NCBI GenBank assembly: GCA_051362555.1
Contig: CM120648.1
Location: 10,784,587 to 10,848,586, forward strand
Origin: Lingula anatina
Taxonomy: Eukaryota; Animalia; Brachiopoda
Direction: 5' to 3'
Length of the DNA stretch: 64,000 nt
This document shows positions 12,392 to 24,706 of the stretch, piece after piece. The notes under the pieces were generated by a model, which had not been told where the DNA came from, ran no database searches, and worked only from the letters and a program-made list of their open reading frames with translations. A program made the translations under genes and the position numbers. Within the stretch, counting starts at the first letter, position 1; every line of letters begins with the position of its first letter.

Positions 12392-12871
12392 ATGGCAGCA
12401 GATGAAGTGTTAGAACTCCGCCAGGAACTCGAGAGAATTCACAACGAATTGCGCGACAAGAAGGAACAGAATAAAAATTACAGTACCGTGAACAGAGCTC
12501 TGGTGTGTTACAGTCAGCAATTAGAACATGAAAACAATAGACAAAAGATGGAAAAAGATCACGCCATCCAGGCCAACAACACCCTGCGTGTCGAGATGAG
12601 GCAGCTTGTCAAGCAAAAAGAAGATATTCAAGAAAAGTCAAACCAGTTTCTAGCAGAGCAAAAAGAGCAAAAATACACGAAGTCTGATATCCTTTGGGGC
12701 ATACCCGTGATAGCAACGGTAGGCATTACCCTGGCCTTAGGTTGCTTAGCCCCCCAAAGTTCTGGCTCCGTGGCGTGTTCATATACACCTTGGAGTAGAA
12801 AAATTCAAGAGATTGTTTCATCCATCGGCAATGATGAAGAGAAGGACACAAGTAAGGAAGAACGTCGTTGA
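12392..12871 (+). CDS. 159-aa coiled-coil protein with one TM segment, paralogue B
   Basis: MAADEVLELRQELE...NY...YSQQLE...EKD..IQANNT aligns with paralogue A; TM ILWGIPVIATVGITLALGCL; acceptor cag at 12368. Confidence 0.72.
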   Translation: MAADEVLELRQELERIHNELRDKKEQNKNYSTVNRALVCYSQQLEHENNRQKMEKDHAIQANNTLRVEMRQLVKQKEDIQEKSNQFLAEQKEQKYTKSDILWGIPVIATVGITLALGCLAPQSSGSVACSYTPWSRKIQEIVSSIGNDEEKDTSKEERR

Positions 12872-13457
12872 ATATTTGTGGACATTGCGCAAGAAGCAGG
12901 ATTGTTTTTTCAGAAGATGGCATAAGGAAAGGAGAGAGAAAAGGAACAATGACAAGATAGGGGAGAACAAAGGGTGCAGCGGGCACCCCCCCCCTCCTCT
13001 CACTTTGGGAGAGAACCCCATTTTTGTTACGAAAAAGAAATAAAAAAGCGTAAAACAAGCTAGGTAAGACAAAACATATGTCTTGTATTTTATGGAAGAA
13101 TTGTCCACTTTTACTGCATTGGTCTTGCGAAACGAAGCAAAATGCGTATCATCCACCGCCAGAGAAACATTGTGTGATACCTATGATATCAAGTTATTTG
13201 ATGTCATGAGAGTTTGCTGAGTTTGTTTCCGTCTAACATGTTTGAATTGGGGCTCTGTCAATCTCTAGCATGCGAGCGTGGTTCCCCCCTACAAACAGTT
13301 AACCACATAGCAGAGACTTGTCAGCTGCATCAGGGCCCAGGGTTGGACTCACGCAAGTCGTTAGTCGAAAGAGCTAAAGACTGGCTTGAGAATGCCAATA
13401 TAAGCCTTTGACTTTTGATTCTTGAGTGTACATTACCTGGATGGACATTCGGACATT

Positions 13458-13514
<57 letters not shown>

Positions 13515-15039
13515 AGAGAGAGAGTTTGCTGAAATGACTATGTATTTAATGAGTTTTTGTTTAGTTAAATGGAATACATTTACTCACAATGAAAAGTGTG
13601 TTGCCGTTCGTAGATCAACAACATAGCATTTTTTCATCGCCGGCTATTGCAACTTTGTAGTATTATTTCCGTGGCAGTTTTTGCTTGTTTTACGTGTTTG
13701 TCACTGAGTGCATTACAAACTGACATTTTGATGCAAATGCGATCTACTGTTATTAATTCAAATCCCATGCTCTAAGTTCCGTTTAATATATTTTGAATCA
13801 TCATACTCAAAAGGAATTGTGTTTAACTTGGTGTGTAGAAATTAAATTGTACAAATTTACTTGTTTGTCTGTAGGACTGCGACTGGCGTGTGCTGATATA
13901 AAATATTTCTCTACACGTGGGATTGATTTTCTTTTCTTTTAAAGACAAATAAGAATCGTCCACCAATCAAACAAAGAAGCGCGTTATAACAATAGTTAGT
14001 CGATCAATAAACGCATTGACCTGCCTTGTGCAGCTAAAGCCTAGATTACATTTGAAATGCGATGCACGTACATAATTCCCTTTTCGTCCGGCGTCTGGGC
14101 GGAAGTAGATGTGGCCGTTGCAAAATCGCACGGAATCGTACAGAAGCTGTACCATTTTGTCAAGCTGTAACTTAGAAAGGAAAAGGAGTTGCCGTTGCAC
14201 ACCTGTACAATTTTTCAAAATGTAGATCTCAGCTACCACAATATGGTGAATTATCTACGAGTTAAATTTTAGTCAAATAGTGCATCAGTTTAGCAATCAG
14301 GGTCTTTGGCTGGATAAGTGCTTGAGACAGCTAAGGTGTTCAATACAGGTTATTTGCATTCCCCGTGGTACTCATCTAAACGCTGAAATGAAAAAAAAAA
14401 AAAAGAAAGAGACGTGGTGGATTGGGAAAAAAGAAAGCGTCTAACACATCATACTGTAACAATCAGGGAAGTAGGCAAAGGAAATGTTTAAAATGCTTAA
14501 GACAGCAGTGAAGGGCTAAAGTACATGCAGACAGATCGTTTGTTATGTCTGCGGTACTCAATTAGAAAATGAACTTGGAAAAGTAAAAGACACCTGATGA
14601 ACTTGGATAAATAAAAAGGCTTTTCGAAACATTCCATGCATAATGTTGATTTTTGTTGTTTATAAAGGGAGTTATTGGTAAAAACAAATACGAATTAAAG
14701 TATTAACTTTAAATTTTACGAAAAAAAAAATAGCAAAAGCGTGTGTCTGTTAAGAATTAATATTAATGCTATGGTTTTATAAATGTGACCCAACCAGTGA
14801 GCACACCTTACAGTGACGAGTTCATTTCACAGGGAATAATACATTATATTTACACAGGACTTACTGCTTTGTTCGGGGTATGCAGTAAAAAACCGCGCGA
14901 CATATGTGGCATCACGATTCAGATGATTGTATCCCTTTTACAAATATTAGATTCATTACACATTTATTGGGTATTGATTTTAGATCGCATTAAAATGTTT
15001 AGATTACATGGGTTTTGTTGTATTTTGGGACGTAACTGA

Positions 15040-15080
<41 letters not shown>

Positions 15081-15359
15081 GGAGAATGGGACGGAAGAGA
15101 CGACGGGATGGGAGGGGAGGGGATAGAAAGAGAGGCAAAAGAAAGAGAAAGAAACGGACAGGTAAAACAAGATAGAGAGAAGCGAGCTGAGGACGCTGAG
15201 GACTTTCATGACCTTGGGAGTTTAATTCCCTACATTTTATTTTGGGTTGCATACCGATCTCTTACTACACGCACTAATTCAAGATCTCAATTTGAGAAAT
15301 CTCACCAGTGAGAGCCCTCAACACACAAAGGGTCTAGTTTCTCATTATTCCTATATATA

Positions 15360-16746
15360 CACACACTGGACAAAAGAAGTGTCACCCCTACTGAGCCAAT
15401 ACTATGGGGGAGATAAATGACTGCGGAATGATATGCTCCTGGTATCATTTTATTAACATCAAATTTCACAAAAAATCACAAAATGAGAACAAAATATACA
15501 TTCTACCAAAATATGCAGTTTCAAGTCCAAAATTAGCACTTAGTAGCATAGCCACGTGACCTAATAATAGGTGCCAGTCTACGAAGCAAGGTTTCATATA
15601 ATTGTCTGATGCGTTCAGGGCTAATGCTGTCCCAAGCATTAAACACTGAATATAACAGAGTTTCTCTGCTGGTTAGACGGGCATTTGTAAAAAGTTTTGA
15701 CATATCATTCCACACATTTTCTATTATGTTTGCATCCGGACTCTGGGCAGGCCACATCACCCTGCGAATGTCCTGTTGGTCAAACCAATCATCAACTGCT
15801 CTGGGCCTGTGACAAGGAGCATTGTCATCCTGGTGAACAAATGGATAATTCCTGTCACCAAACATGTTAGTAATAGATGGTAGCAAGCCTGACTCCAAAA
15901 CATCGATATATTTCTAGTGATTCATGTTTCCATCAACCACTATCAATTCGCCCAAGCCATGGATGCTGATGCAGCCCCACACCATGACGAATATGCTGCT
16001 CCGGGTTCGAAAATTAAGTGCATGTGGTTCAAATGCTTTACCAGCAGTTTGCCAGCATAGTACCCGTCTGTCATCAGAGGTCAGAACAAAGCGACACTCA
16101 TCAGAAAAAAATATATAGGACCAATTGTCATGAACTGTCCAGTTCCAGATCCTGTTGACCCTAGTTTACTCTACGTTGCCTGTTTTGTAACGATATAAGA
16201 GGTTTCAGTCTTGCTACCCTGCTGTACACTCTCTGAACATGTAACCGACGCCTAGCAATTTTCACAGACACATTCTTATGTGTGAAATTGTTCCACTGTG
16301 TTGTCAACTGACAAGCAGTGTCGAACTTTGACAACCTGGACATCAAAATCAGTCGTCGGTCTTCACGGCCATTATTTTTTCTTGGACGACCCATCAGAGG
16401 CAATTTGTCTCTTGATCCAGCGTTTCTATACCGAGATCAGACCCTCTGCACGGTTCTGACTGAACAATTCAATTGTATCGATATTCTGACATTGCTTATA
16501 TTCCGCCTCTTCAGGTTAATAACTTGCACCTATAACCGTTAGATAATTGACTGTATCTTGCCATATTGGAGGAAGACAGGAATAACATTTGCTGTACATG
16601 TACAAGACCAACAATACAATTCCATGGTATAGCGGTTTTATACTCATTAGTCACATTATAAGTAGACCAGGCATTATAAGTACCCAAGATCTGCCTACTT
16701 TTATTACTCTGAGTTAGGGGGTGACACTTCTTTTGTCCAGTGTGTG
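15360..16746 (-). mobile_element. Full-length Tc1-family (DD34E) DNA transposon with disrupted transposase
   Basis: Perfect 29-bp TIRs CACACACTGGACAAAAGAAGTGTCACCCC, TA on both sides. Minus-strand fragments contain GRPRK, FSDECRF and QDDNAPCH...SPDANIIENVW, with 34 residues between D and E. Confidence 0.95.
15533..16564 (-). pseudogene. Tc1 transposase pseudogene
   Basis: Coding region from MARYSQLS (ATG at 16564) is split over several ORF fragments (16161-16403, 15533-15898) by stops/frameshifts. Confidence 0.85.
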
Positions 16747-16885
16747 TACCTACTGACAGCTTTATCCCCCACTGAACTTTTGTGCTAAGAAAACCTACCT
16801 TCACCATCTCGCGTTACCGGTACTCTATATTAGTACGAGAAGCTAGCTGCCTGGCGCCTTTTTATTTTTATTTTATCATTTCATT

Positions 16886-16932
<47 letters not shown>

Positions 16933-17611
16933 TTTGTAAAAATTCTCTCACGGTACAAAAATACAGATGAATAGCCCTAAAACATCTGAGAATATCTAGT
17001 GAACATATCTATCCCTGACCCTGCTACAAGATACGATACCAAATCTACACTTAATACTAAAAAAAAAGTTGAACAACTTCATAAGTTACGAAACCAATCG
17101 GTTGCCAGTCCAGCAGCAGTCCACGTGTTAACAACACACTCGATTATGCTTTTCTGCTGGGTGGGAGACTGAGAAGTGCAAATTACATTTTCAAAGGCGT
17201 TTTAAAGTTTGGAAATGTTATCTACCAGTACACACTTGCACTGTTAAGGGTATGATCTATAAATATTCATGCATGTACTAGAAGTTTACGTTTGTTGTGA
17301 ACTGAAGACCCATCCATTGACAAAAATAAGAGAAATCCAATTTGTTTTGCACTTCTAAAGATATTCCACAAACAAAATATAAGAAATCGACATCAGACGT
17401 AGATAACACCTTATAGACACTTATTGCTCGGTCTTTTTCAAAGGAAAAGTGAATAAAAAAGGCCTTCCTAGTATAAAAGTAGACAAAAATGTTGGACTTC
17501 AGGATCAAGGGCTTTCCTTGTCAAATGTACAGAATGTTATTTTAGAAAATGATGGTGAGTTCCCTCTCTATCTCTCTTTCCCTCCTCCCTCTCCCCCCCT
17601 CCCCCCTCTCC

Positions 17612-17649
<38 letters not shown>

Positions 17650-19159
17650 AATTCGTACGAGAAAAAAAAGCCCCCCATCTCCCACACAAGAAAATGCCTT
17701 CATAATCCTCCAACGAAGCTCAGTACAAGCGCAAACAAAATGACAGCTTTGGGTCAGTTAATACAACTAAGGGCCAGAGGATCCCTTAATGTCGCGATAT
17801 CGACAAATAATCAAACCCCAGTTGACTGTCAATATTGCGTTCTATTACCCGTCTGCTGTCTTCGGGTCAAATTGTATTGACACTTCTTTTTGCGTCTTTT
17901 TCCTTTCACTCTTCTCTTTTTTCACATTTCAGTGGAGCTTGTATTGAGTGCAGTGTGCTTTCTATATCATATATTATTGCCTATTGACGAGATTAGATGG
18001 AGATCTCTGTTTTCATGTATTAAATCGTGCTGACGGGGTGTTAGGGGCCATTCTCCCCTGTAAAATCATTCTCCCTTATTTACTTTGCTTTCACTGGCAA
18101 GTCACGATGTACGCGACAATGGGATTCAAAAGACGTCGCAGATCCATTGTCAACACATATCTTCTTCAAATTAAATTGGTTTGTTCATCCATGTTATGAT
18201 CTCTATAAGAATTCTTATAAGTAAGCAATCTGGATAGTAGATATTATTGTAAAATCCATTCAGAGTAAGACACTGGAAAATATACTCCCCGCACCCCGGC
18301 CTCGGTTTGATTCACGTTTTTACATCTGTAAGTATAGTTGGAATTGAAAGTATGACTAGTTCGAGGTAACAACATAAAGATGTTGCACAGCCCCTACATA
18401 GGAATTTTTGAAACAAAAAAGGGCAAAGAGACCGAATCTGATAAATCAGTCACGAATTTGATTTTAAAGACGAGTATTCTGTTATTGTTATCTTGAAGTG
18501 AAAGGACGAAATTGCGACACTGGTCTGAGGCGTTATAAGAGATATTACACAAGGACACTCGATTTTTTTTTACTTGATAGATAAATGCAAAATTAAGGCG
18601 GTTATCTATATACGGTGGTTAGTAAATAACTTAAAGGGGCATACCTAAAAGTATTTTAAAGTGAAATTCAGTCAAAGAAACATCTGCTGTATATCGTTAA
18701 ATCCAAGCAAAGTTCAAACCATTCAGCACAAAATATGTTTGACTTGCAGCACAAAAGGGGGGATGCTTTGATGAAAAAGTGATGAAATTCCAGATAACAA
18801 CTTGCTTGATGAATAACCAGGCCGGAAAGCGCCTACAAACCCATCCCTTTGACGCCCTCCTCTGTAATCCCATTGAAAGCAGCGTCTCAAGCCCAAATGA
18901 CGTGTGTGCCGTTCACAAACACTGAAAACACAAAACCGGGGGTCACGGACCGTGTAATTCGTATCACAAATCACTTCTCTAGGGTGGAGACGCTCCTAGC
19001 CGAGCTTAAAGCGGGCGAAGAAATCAAATGCGACGCTAGAGTCGTATTAGACATCGTATTGCGAGGCACAGATCGTCGATCATTTTTAAGACCGACGGAG
19101 TCCATGTAACGAGGAGGAGTTCACAACTGCGAGAGCGACTAGTTTAAGGCGACAACAAG

Positions 19160-19657
19160 ATGCGCTGCGTGGTGTTAGCCCCTCTCTTCTTCGTTTCTTT
19201 GTGGTGCGCCACGGAAGGTATTATTTTCTCAATGCTAACCAAAGGAAAGCGCATTAAGAGAGCTGGTGCTGATCGCGCCGAGCAAGTCCCTGCACAGAGA
19301 CTCCTTTCAGACTTGACCAAGCATCACCCAGATAGGAACATCGACAAACGAGACGAAAATTTGGACGACACTTATCACCAGCCGCTCTATACCGATCGGT
19401 CTCAGGTAGATGACGTTAAGTCGAAGGACGCCGCCGAGATAGCTGAAGAAATGCGAAGCCGACTGAAAAGTTTCGAGGCAAGACGGCAAGGGGAGGCAGT
19501 GAAGAGCGTTCTTAAAGAAGATGACGACTTATCGTTGCTGGACCAGATCGATAGCGTTCTGGGGGCGCCGCTTAAGAAAGCACTCTTGGAAGTGTTGGAT
19601 AATGAAATTAAAGGTGACTCTTATTTTGCTTAAAATGCCTGCTTCTCTCCCCTCCTT

Positions 19658-19700
<43 letters not shown>

Positions 19701-21001
19701 CCAATACGCTTTAATAGTGATTTATAAGAAAAAAGTGTTTACTTTTCCCCTGATGGCATTTTATTTCCTAATTTCTTAACAATACTATCAATTTTAGTGC
19801 GCCTGTTTTTGTCTTTTTTTTTAAGACACGGATAAACCTAGCATCACAGAGAAAAAATCTAACAGTGAGAAAATCGATGACAAAAACAACAAAGACTATC
19901 CGTTTTATCCCGAGAACTCCATTCCAAATCAGAACAGCGATGACAAGGTTAAAACCTCCAAAGTGGACACAGCAACTCGCAACCTGGCGAGTTTCAAAAC
20001 CGGAGTAGGAAAAAGCCGTCCTCGCACTCGTGTTTTGGTGGCAGCCAGCGCCCCATTGGCAGATCACAATGCCGTGCATAAGAAGGGCGAGATGTCAGCT
20101 TCGCCGTCGCAGCGACAGGCATCAACAGCGGTAAAGAATCCTGGTTCTGATAGCTTCATCGCAGAGAAGGAGACTCAGAAACCTCAAACACGGTTCTTAG
20201 TTGCGCCTGATCGCGCTACGGAAGAGAACAGAAATGAAAATGATGCCGCTGTTTCTTCGCAACACCAACAGCAGGCTAAGGTGGTTGACAAAAAGGAAAG
20301 TATTTCATCAAGTCTCGCAACTAGAGGGCAGATGTCGCACTTCCAGATGAGATATTTAGTCGCTCCCGATGCTCCAATCACCGAAGAGAAGGCAAGAAAG
20401 CAAGAAGCAATGGCAGATCACAACGCCTTACAAAAGAAGGATGAATTGTCAGCAGCTGATAGCTTTGTCGCAGACAGAGAAAACCAGAAACCTCATACAC
20501 GGTTCTTCGTTGCGCCTGTTCACGCAAAAGACGAGAACAGAAATGAAAACGCTGCTGCTGATGTGTCTTCTCGTCAACAGACCCAAACAGCTGTCAAAAA
20601 GGAAAATACTGCGTCAAGTCTAACAACTCGAGGGCAGAACTTGCACTTTAAGACAAGATTTTTCGTCGCTCCTGACGCGCCAATGACCGAGGAGAAGGCG
20701 AGAGAACAAGATGCATCCACTTCAGATGTGGCCGATGATCGTAACGTTGATGAAAGTTATCCGGAACTAGAAGAAGACGTTGGCAATGAGGAACTAGATG
20801 AAGGTAAGAATACTCAGTATTATTTATGAATTTAGATAAATATCTTTTACATGTATATTGATATCTTGTTATTCAGTTCAAGTAATTTCTACAACAATGA
20901 CATAATAACAAATTGATATTAAGACATCCTTTTGATTAATTCTCAGTGGATCATATTGAAGCTACATTTCACGTCACATGCATTACCCCCACTAAATAAA
21001 G

Positions 21002-21042
<41 letters not shown>

Positions 21043-24000
21043 TTTTGTTATCCCCCCTTTGTTGTATAATTGTTTTATCAATATCAAATGATTAAAACAA
21101 GCAATATAGCAATTGGTTAATACAGTAACTATTTTGTTTGTCCCTCTACATGTACTAGTATCTAACTAATTAAACTTTGGTATTTATCTTCAAGATTTGG
21201 AAGGAGAGGAGGGCATGGACGACGACATGGGCGAGCTAGATGGAGGTATGGAACAACATGTCACTTTTATCTATGTGCTAATCCAGGCCCGATGCCAGCA
21301 ATTTTAAAAGGGGGGTCCTTTTTCTGAAAAAAGTGGACCTTTTTCCATAAAAAACTTCATGAACCTAGATCAAATGTTACACAGAGTGGACCTTTTCCCC
21401 AAAAAAGGGGCGGTTCTTTCGAACCCCCCCCCCCCCCCCCCCCCCGGGCTACGGGCCTGTTATCTTTGTCGTTTGTGAAGAAAACATAGCAAAGTATTAC
21501 ATGTACACACACTGGACAATAGAAGTGTCACCCCCTGAATCAGAGTAATGCCTGGTCTACTTATAATGTGACTAATTAGTATAAAACCGCTGTATCATGG
21601 AATTGTTTTGTTGGTCTTTTTGTGAAATTTGATGTTATTAAAATGATACCAGGAGTATATCATCCCACAGTCATTTGTCTCCCCCAAAGTAATGGTTCAG
21701 TAGGGTTGACACTTCTATTGTCCGGTGTGTGTATATAGTAGTTAATATTATGCTGTAGTGTGGCTCGGTATGGTTTACGTAGAGTACCACCAAATAAATT
21801 AAAATAGATTGTCTTTATACCCCTTTCTGTTTGTTTTTACATTTTGTTGTAGATTTGGAAATGGAAGAAAGCAGAGACGAAAACGCTGAGTTAGATGAAG
21901 GTAGGGAGCAATATTTTGTTTAATTTCAAAATATAATTTTAATTATAAAATGATTAAAATCATATAAGAAGAGAAGATTGATACAAAAAATATTATCTGG
22001 TACAACGTGCAACACTTTCAAGCATTGTGGTGTGATATAGGTTATTTTTAATTAATGTGGATTCATTATTTATCGTAGATTTGGAAGGCGACGAGAGCAT
22101 TGACGATGATATGGAATTAGATGAAGGTAATAGGTTTAGACGCTTCTCTATATCTGATCAATAACTTCAAAATAGAGACTTTCTTTTTTATAAAATGCTG
22201 AAATAGTCGTATTTACACAATTCAAATATATCTAATTAATATATTTACAAAGTTAGTTAGATAGTTATAATTAGTTAGTAAGTAAGTTTGTTGATTGGTT
22301 ATTTGGTTAGTTACTGTCAGTCAGATGGTTAGCCAGTTAGTCGCAACATGGAACACCAGTGTATGATGTTCGTTTATTATAAGGATTGCGAATTGACCAA
22401 GTGCTGTATTTTTGTTTTAGATTTGAAGGAAAATGATGTGGATCAGGACCTGGATCAAGGTCAGGATGTAGACCTGGATCAGGATATGGACCAGGGTGTG
22501 GATCTGGATCAGGATGGGGACGCGGAAGCCCAAGTTAAAGGTGAGTTTATTGATGATCCTTTTGACAGTTTAAATGTCTAGTTGTCAACATGGCCTTTTT
22601 ATTATTTAGTGAGCATAACTAGTATTTGCTTTGTGAAAAACAAAACCTGTTTTCCTCTTGGGAATATATTTTTGGATTGCTTTAATATGAAGGCTACGGA
22701 TACTGTAGCTATCTTAAGATTTCTAAATTTAGCTTGTATTACAGGCAAGTATTATTGAAGTTTGCTGTTTAAAACGCATTAACGGTCATTCGTGCACTGG
22801 AACTTATTAGTTTTTCTTCCAATTATTATTCCTTATTCAGACATACATCCATATGTTTATTTGTTTATACATGAGTAAATTTATGTTATCACTTACCAGT
22901 TGAACAACGCTGAACTCCCGTCCAAACACACATACACACACGTACACACACACACACGCACACACAAACACACACAAGCATACAAACACACACACACTCA
23001 CACACACCCTCACAAAAACACGCACAAAAACACAAAAACACACACAGCACAAGGTATAATTTTGGGACTGGTGACCACTTTATTATTCTACATGTATTTA
23101 TCAATTTATTTACAGAACATCCCAACCGCGTTGAGCAAGTTCCCGTAAAAGCATCAGACCACCGCCCCTCAGCTTTCTACCCTGAACAAGTACGAGGATA
23201 TCATCCAACAGCAGTGGACAAGGCCGCAGGGGCAAAAGTAGATCAGGCGTCTCGTGCGGCTGCCAAGGCCTACATTGCTGCTCGGGAGAAGGAGGGCACT
23301 TTTGTTCGCAGGTATTTCGTAGCTCCTGATGCGCCGATCTCTGATACGAGGACCTCGAAGATAAGCGGTGCCATGGTGAAAAAGAGCAAAGTGGACAGTG
23401 ATGGTACGGTTCTCTCTTTCTCTCTCTAGAGAATATATATATTTTTCTTTTGATTTTCAATTGTCTTTTAAAAGAGAGACAAGGAAAATCAAATGACCAG
23501 AAATCTCCCAATAATTTCAATCGAATCTTGTTATTTGTAAACTGACTCTATACAACATAATTCTGAGAAACTTTGATGACTTGGTCTATATTCATTTTCT
23601 GATTTGTTTAAGAAGCGATGGAGAAAATTCCAGATGACTTAGACCCCGTACCAGAAGATGGTTTTGATGACGACGACGAAAGTGGGAAGATAGAAAAACG
23701 AGCTTGGAGTAAGTTTCGCCCTCTATAGGGGTTTTTCCCTATATTATATATCTCTAAAATTCAATTTGATTGTAATTTGAGATATAGCGACTTTCATTTT
23801 CAATTTCAATAAAATGTATTTCAATCTTGAAAACAAGTTATGCCGATATCACAACTGAACTTGAATGATTCGCTTAGCTTTTGATGTTTATGAAATACCG
23901 ATAGAAAAAATTAATATTTTATGATTAATTTTATACGTTCAAATCCAAAGTTCAAATTCATGTCGATCTATGGTCTTCATAAATATATTTTAACTTCTGC

Positions 24001-24706
24001 GCCTTACAAACAGACCATCCCAGGATTACAGTTTTCGGAAAATCAGAACCCTCTTAAAATAAAAATGCAATCAATATACAGTGAATCTTTTTCATATCTT
24101 AAAAATGCTTTGGATATTTTGTAAATCGGTTTTGACCGTCAGTTACGTGATAATCTTACTGAGGCTTAACGCTAGATTACAGAACATTTCAAGAAAATGG
24201 TGACATCCTCCTTATCTAAAAATCAGATTTGTCCCATTTGATGAGATGGAAATCATTGTTAAAAAACGCGGCGCCGGACAATTTATTCATGATTAATATT
24301 CAAATTTTAAAAAAATGTGTGTGTGTGTGTGTGTTATCATTTATAGGGCTCCTCAAAAAATATTATTATTTTTATTGTTGTTGTTATAAAACTGGGAATC
24401 TAAACAGATATTTTTCTCTTTCTTACAGGCAGGAAAAAATGCGATCTTAACTGCGTCAAGGACACCGTGATGTGCTCCAACAAGTCCCAAGCGGACCAAA
24501 ACATCCACGTGAAATGCGGATATAATCCAAACCTTAAATACACCTCCGTCAAGCGCTCCAGTTTTACCATATGCACTGCCCCCTATCGACTGAAACTCTC
24601 CTGCTCCCGCAATAAGAAATGTTTCTACACTAGGGGGTGTTACGGTCTGTTTGATGTTGAATACTGCTACCATACGTGTGACTTCGCCTATTACAGTAAA
24701 AAGTGA
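19160..24706 (+). CDS. Secreted ~786-aa precursor: signal peptide, repeat-rich and acidic pro-region, KR site, 10-Cys basic C-terminal domain (unknown family)
   Basis: Exons 19160-19613, 19826-20803, 21195-21245, 21853-21900, 22079-22126, 22421-22540, 23116-23403, 23613-23708, 24429-24706. All introns GT-AG and phase 1; total 2361 nt with an open frame. Signal peptide MRCVVLAPLFFVSLWCATEG; ends ...IEKR-AWSRKKCDLNC...CYHTCDFAYYSKK*. Confidence 0.82.
21506..21731 (+). mobile_element. 226-bp MITE: internal-deletion derivative of the Tc1 at 15360-16746
   Basis: Near-identical TIRs (CACACACTGGACAATAGAAGTGTCACCCC), TA flanks, interior made of both subterminal regions of the full element; lies in intron 3 of the secreted-precursor gene. 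Confidence 0.9.
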
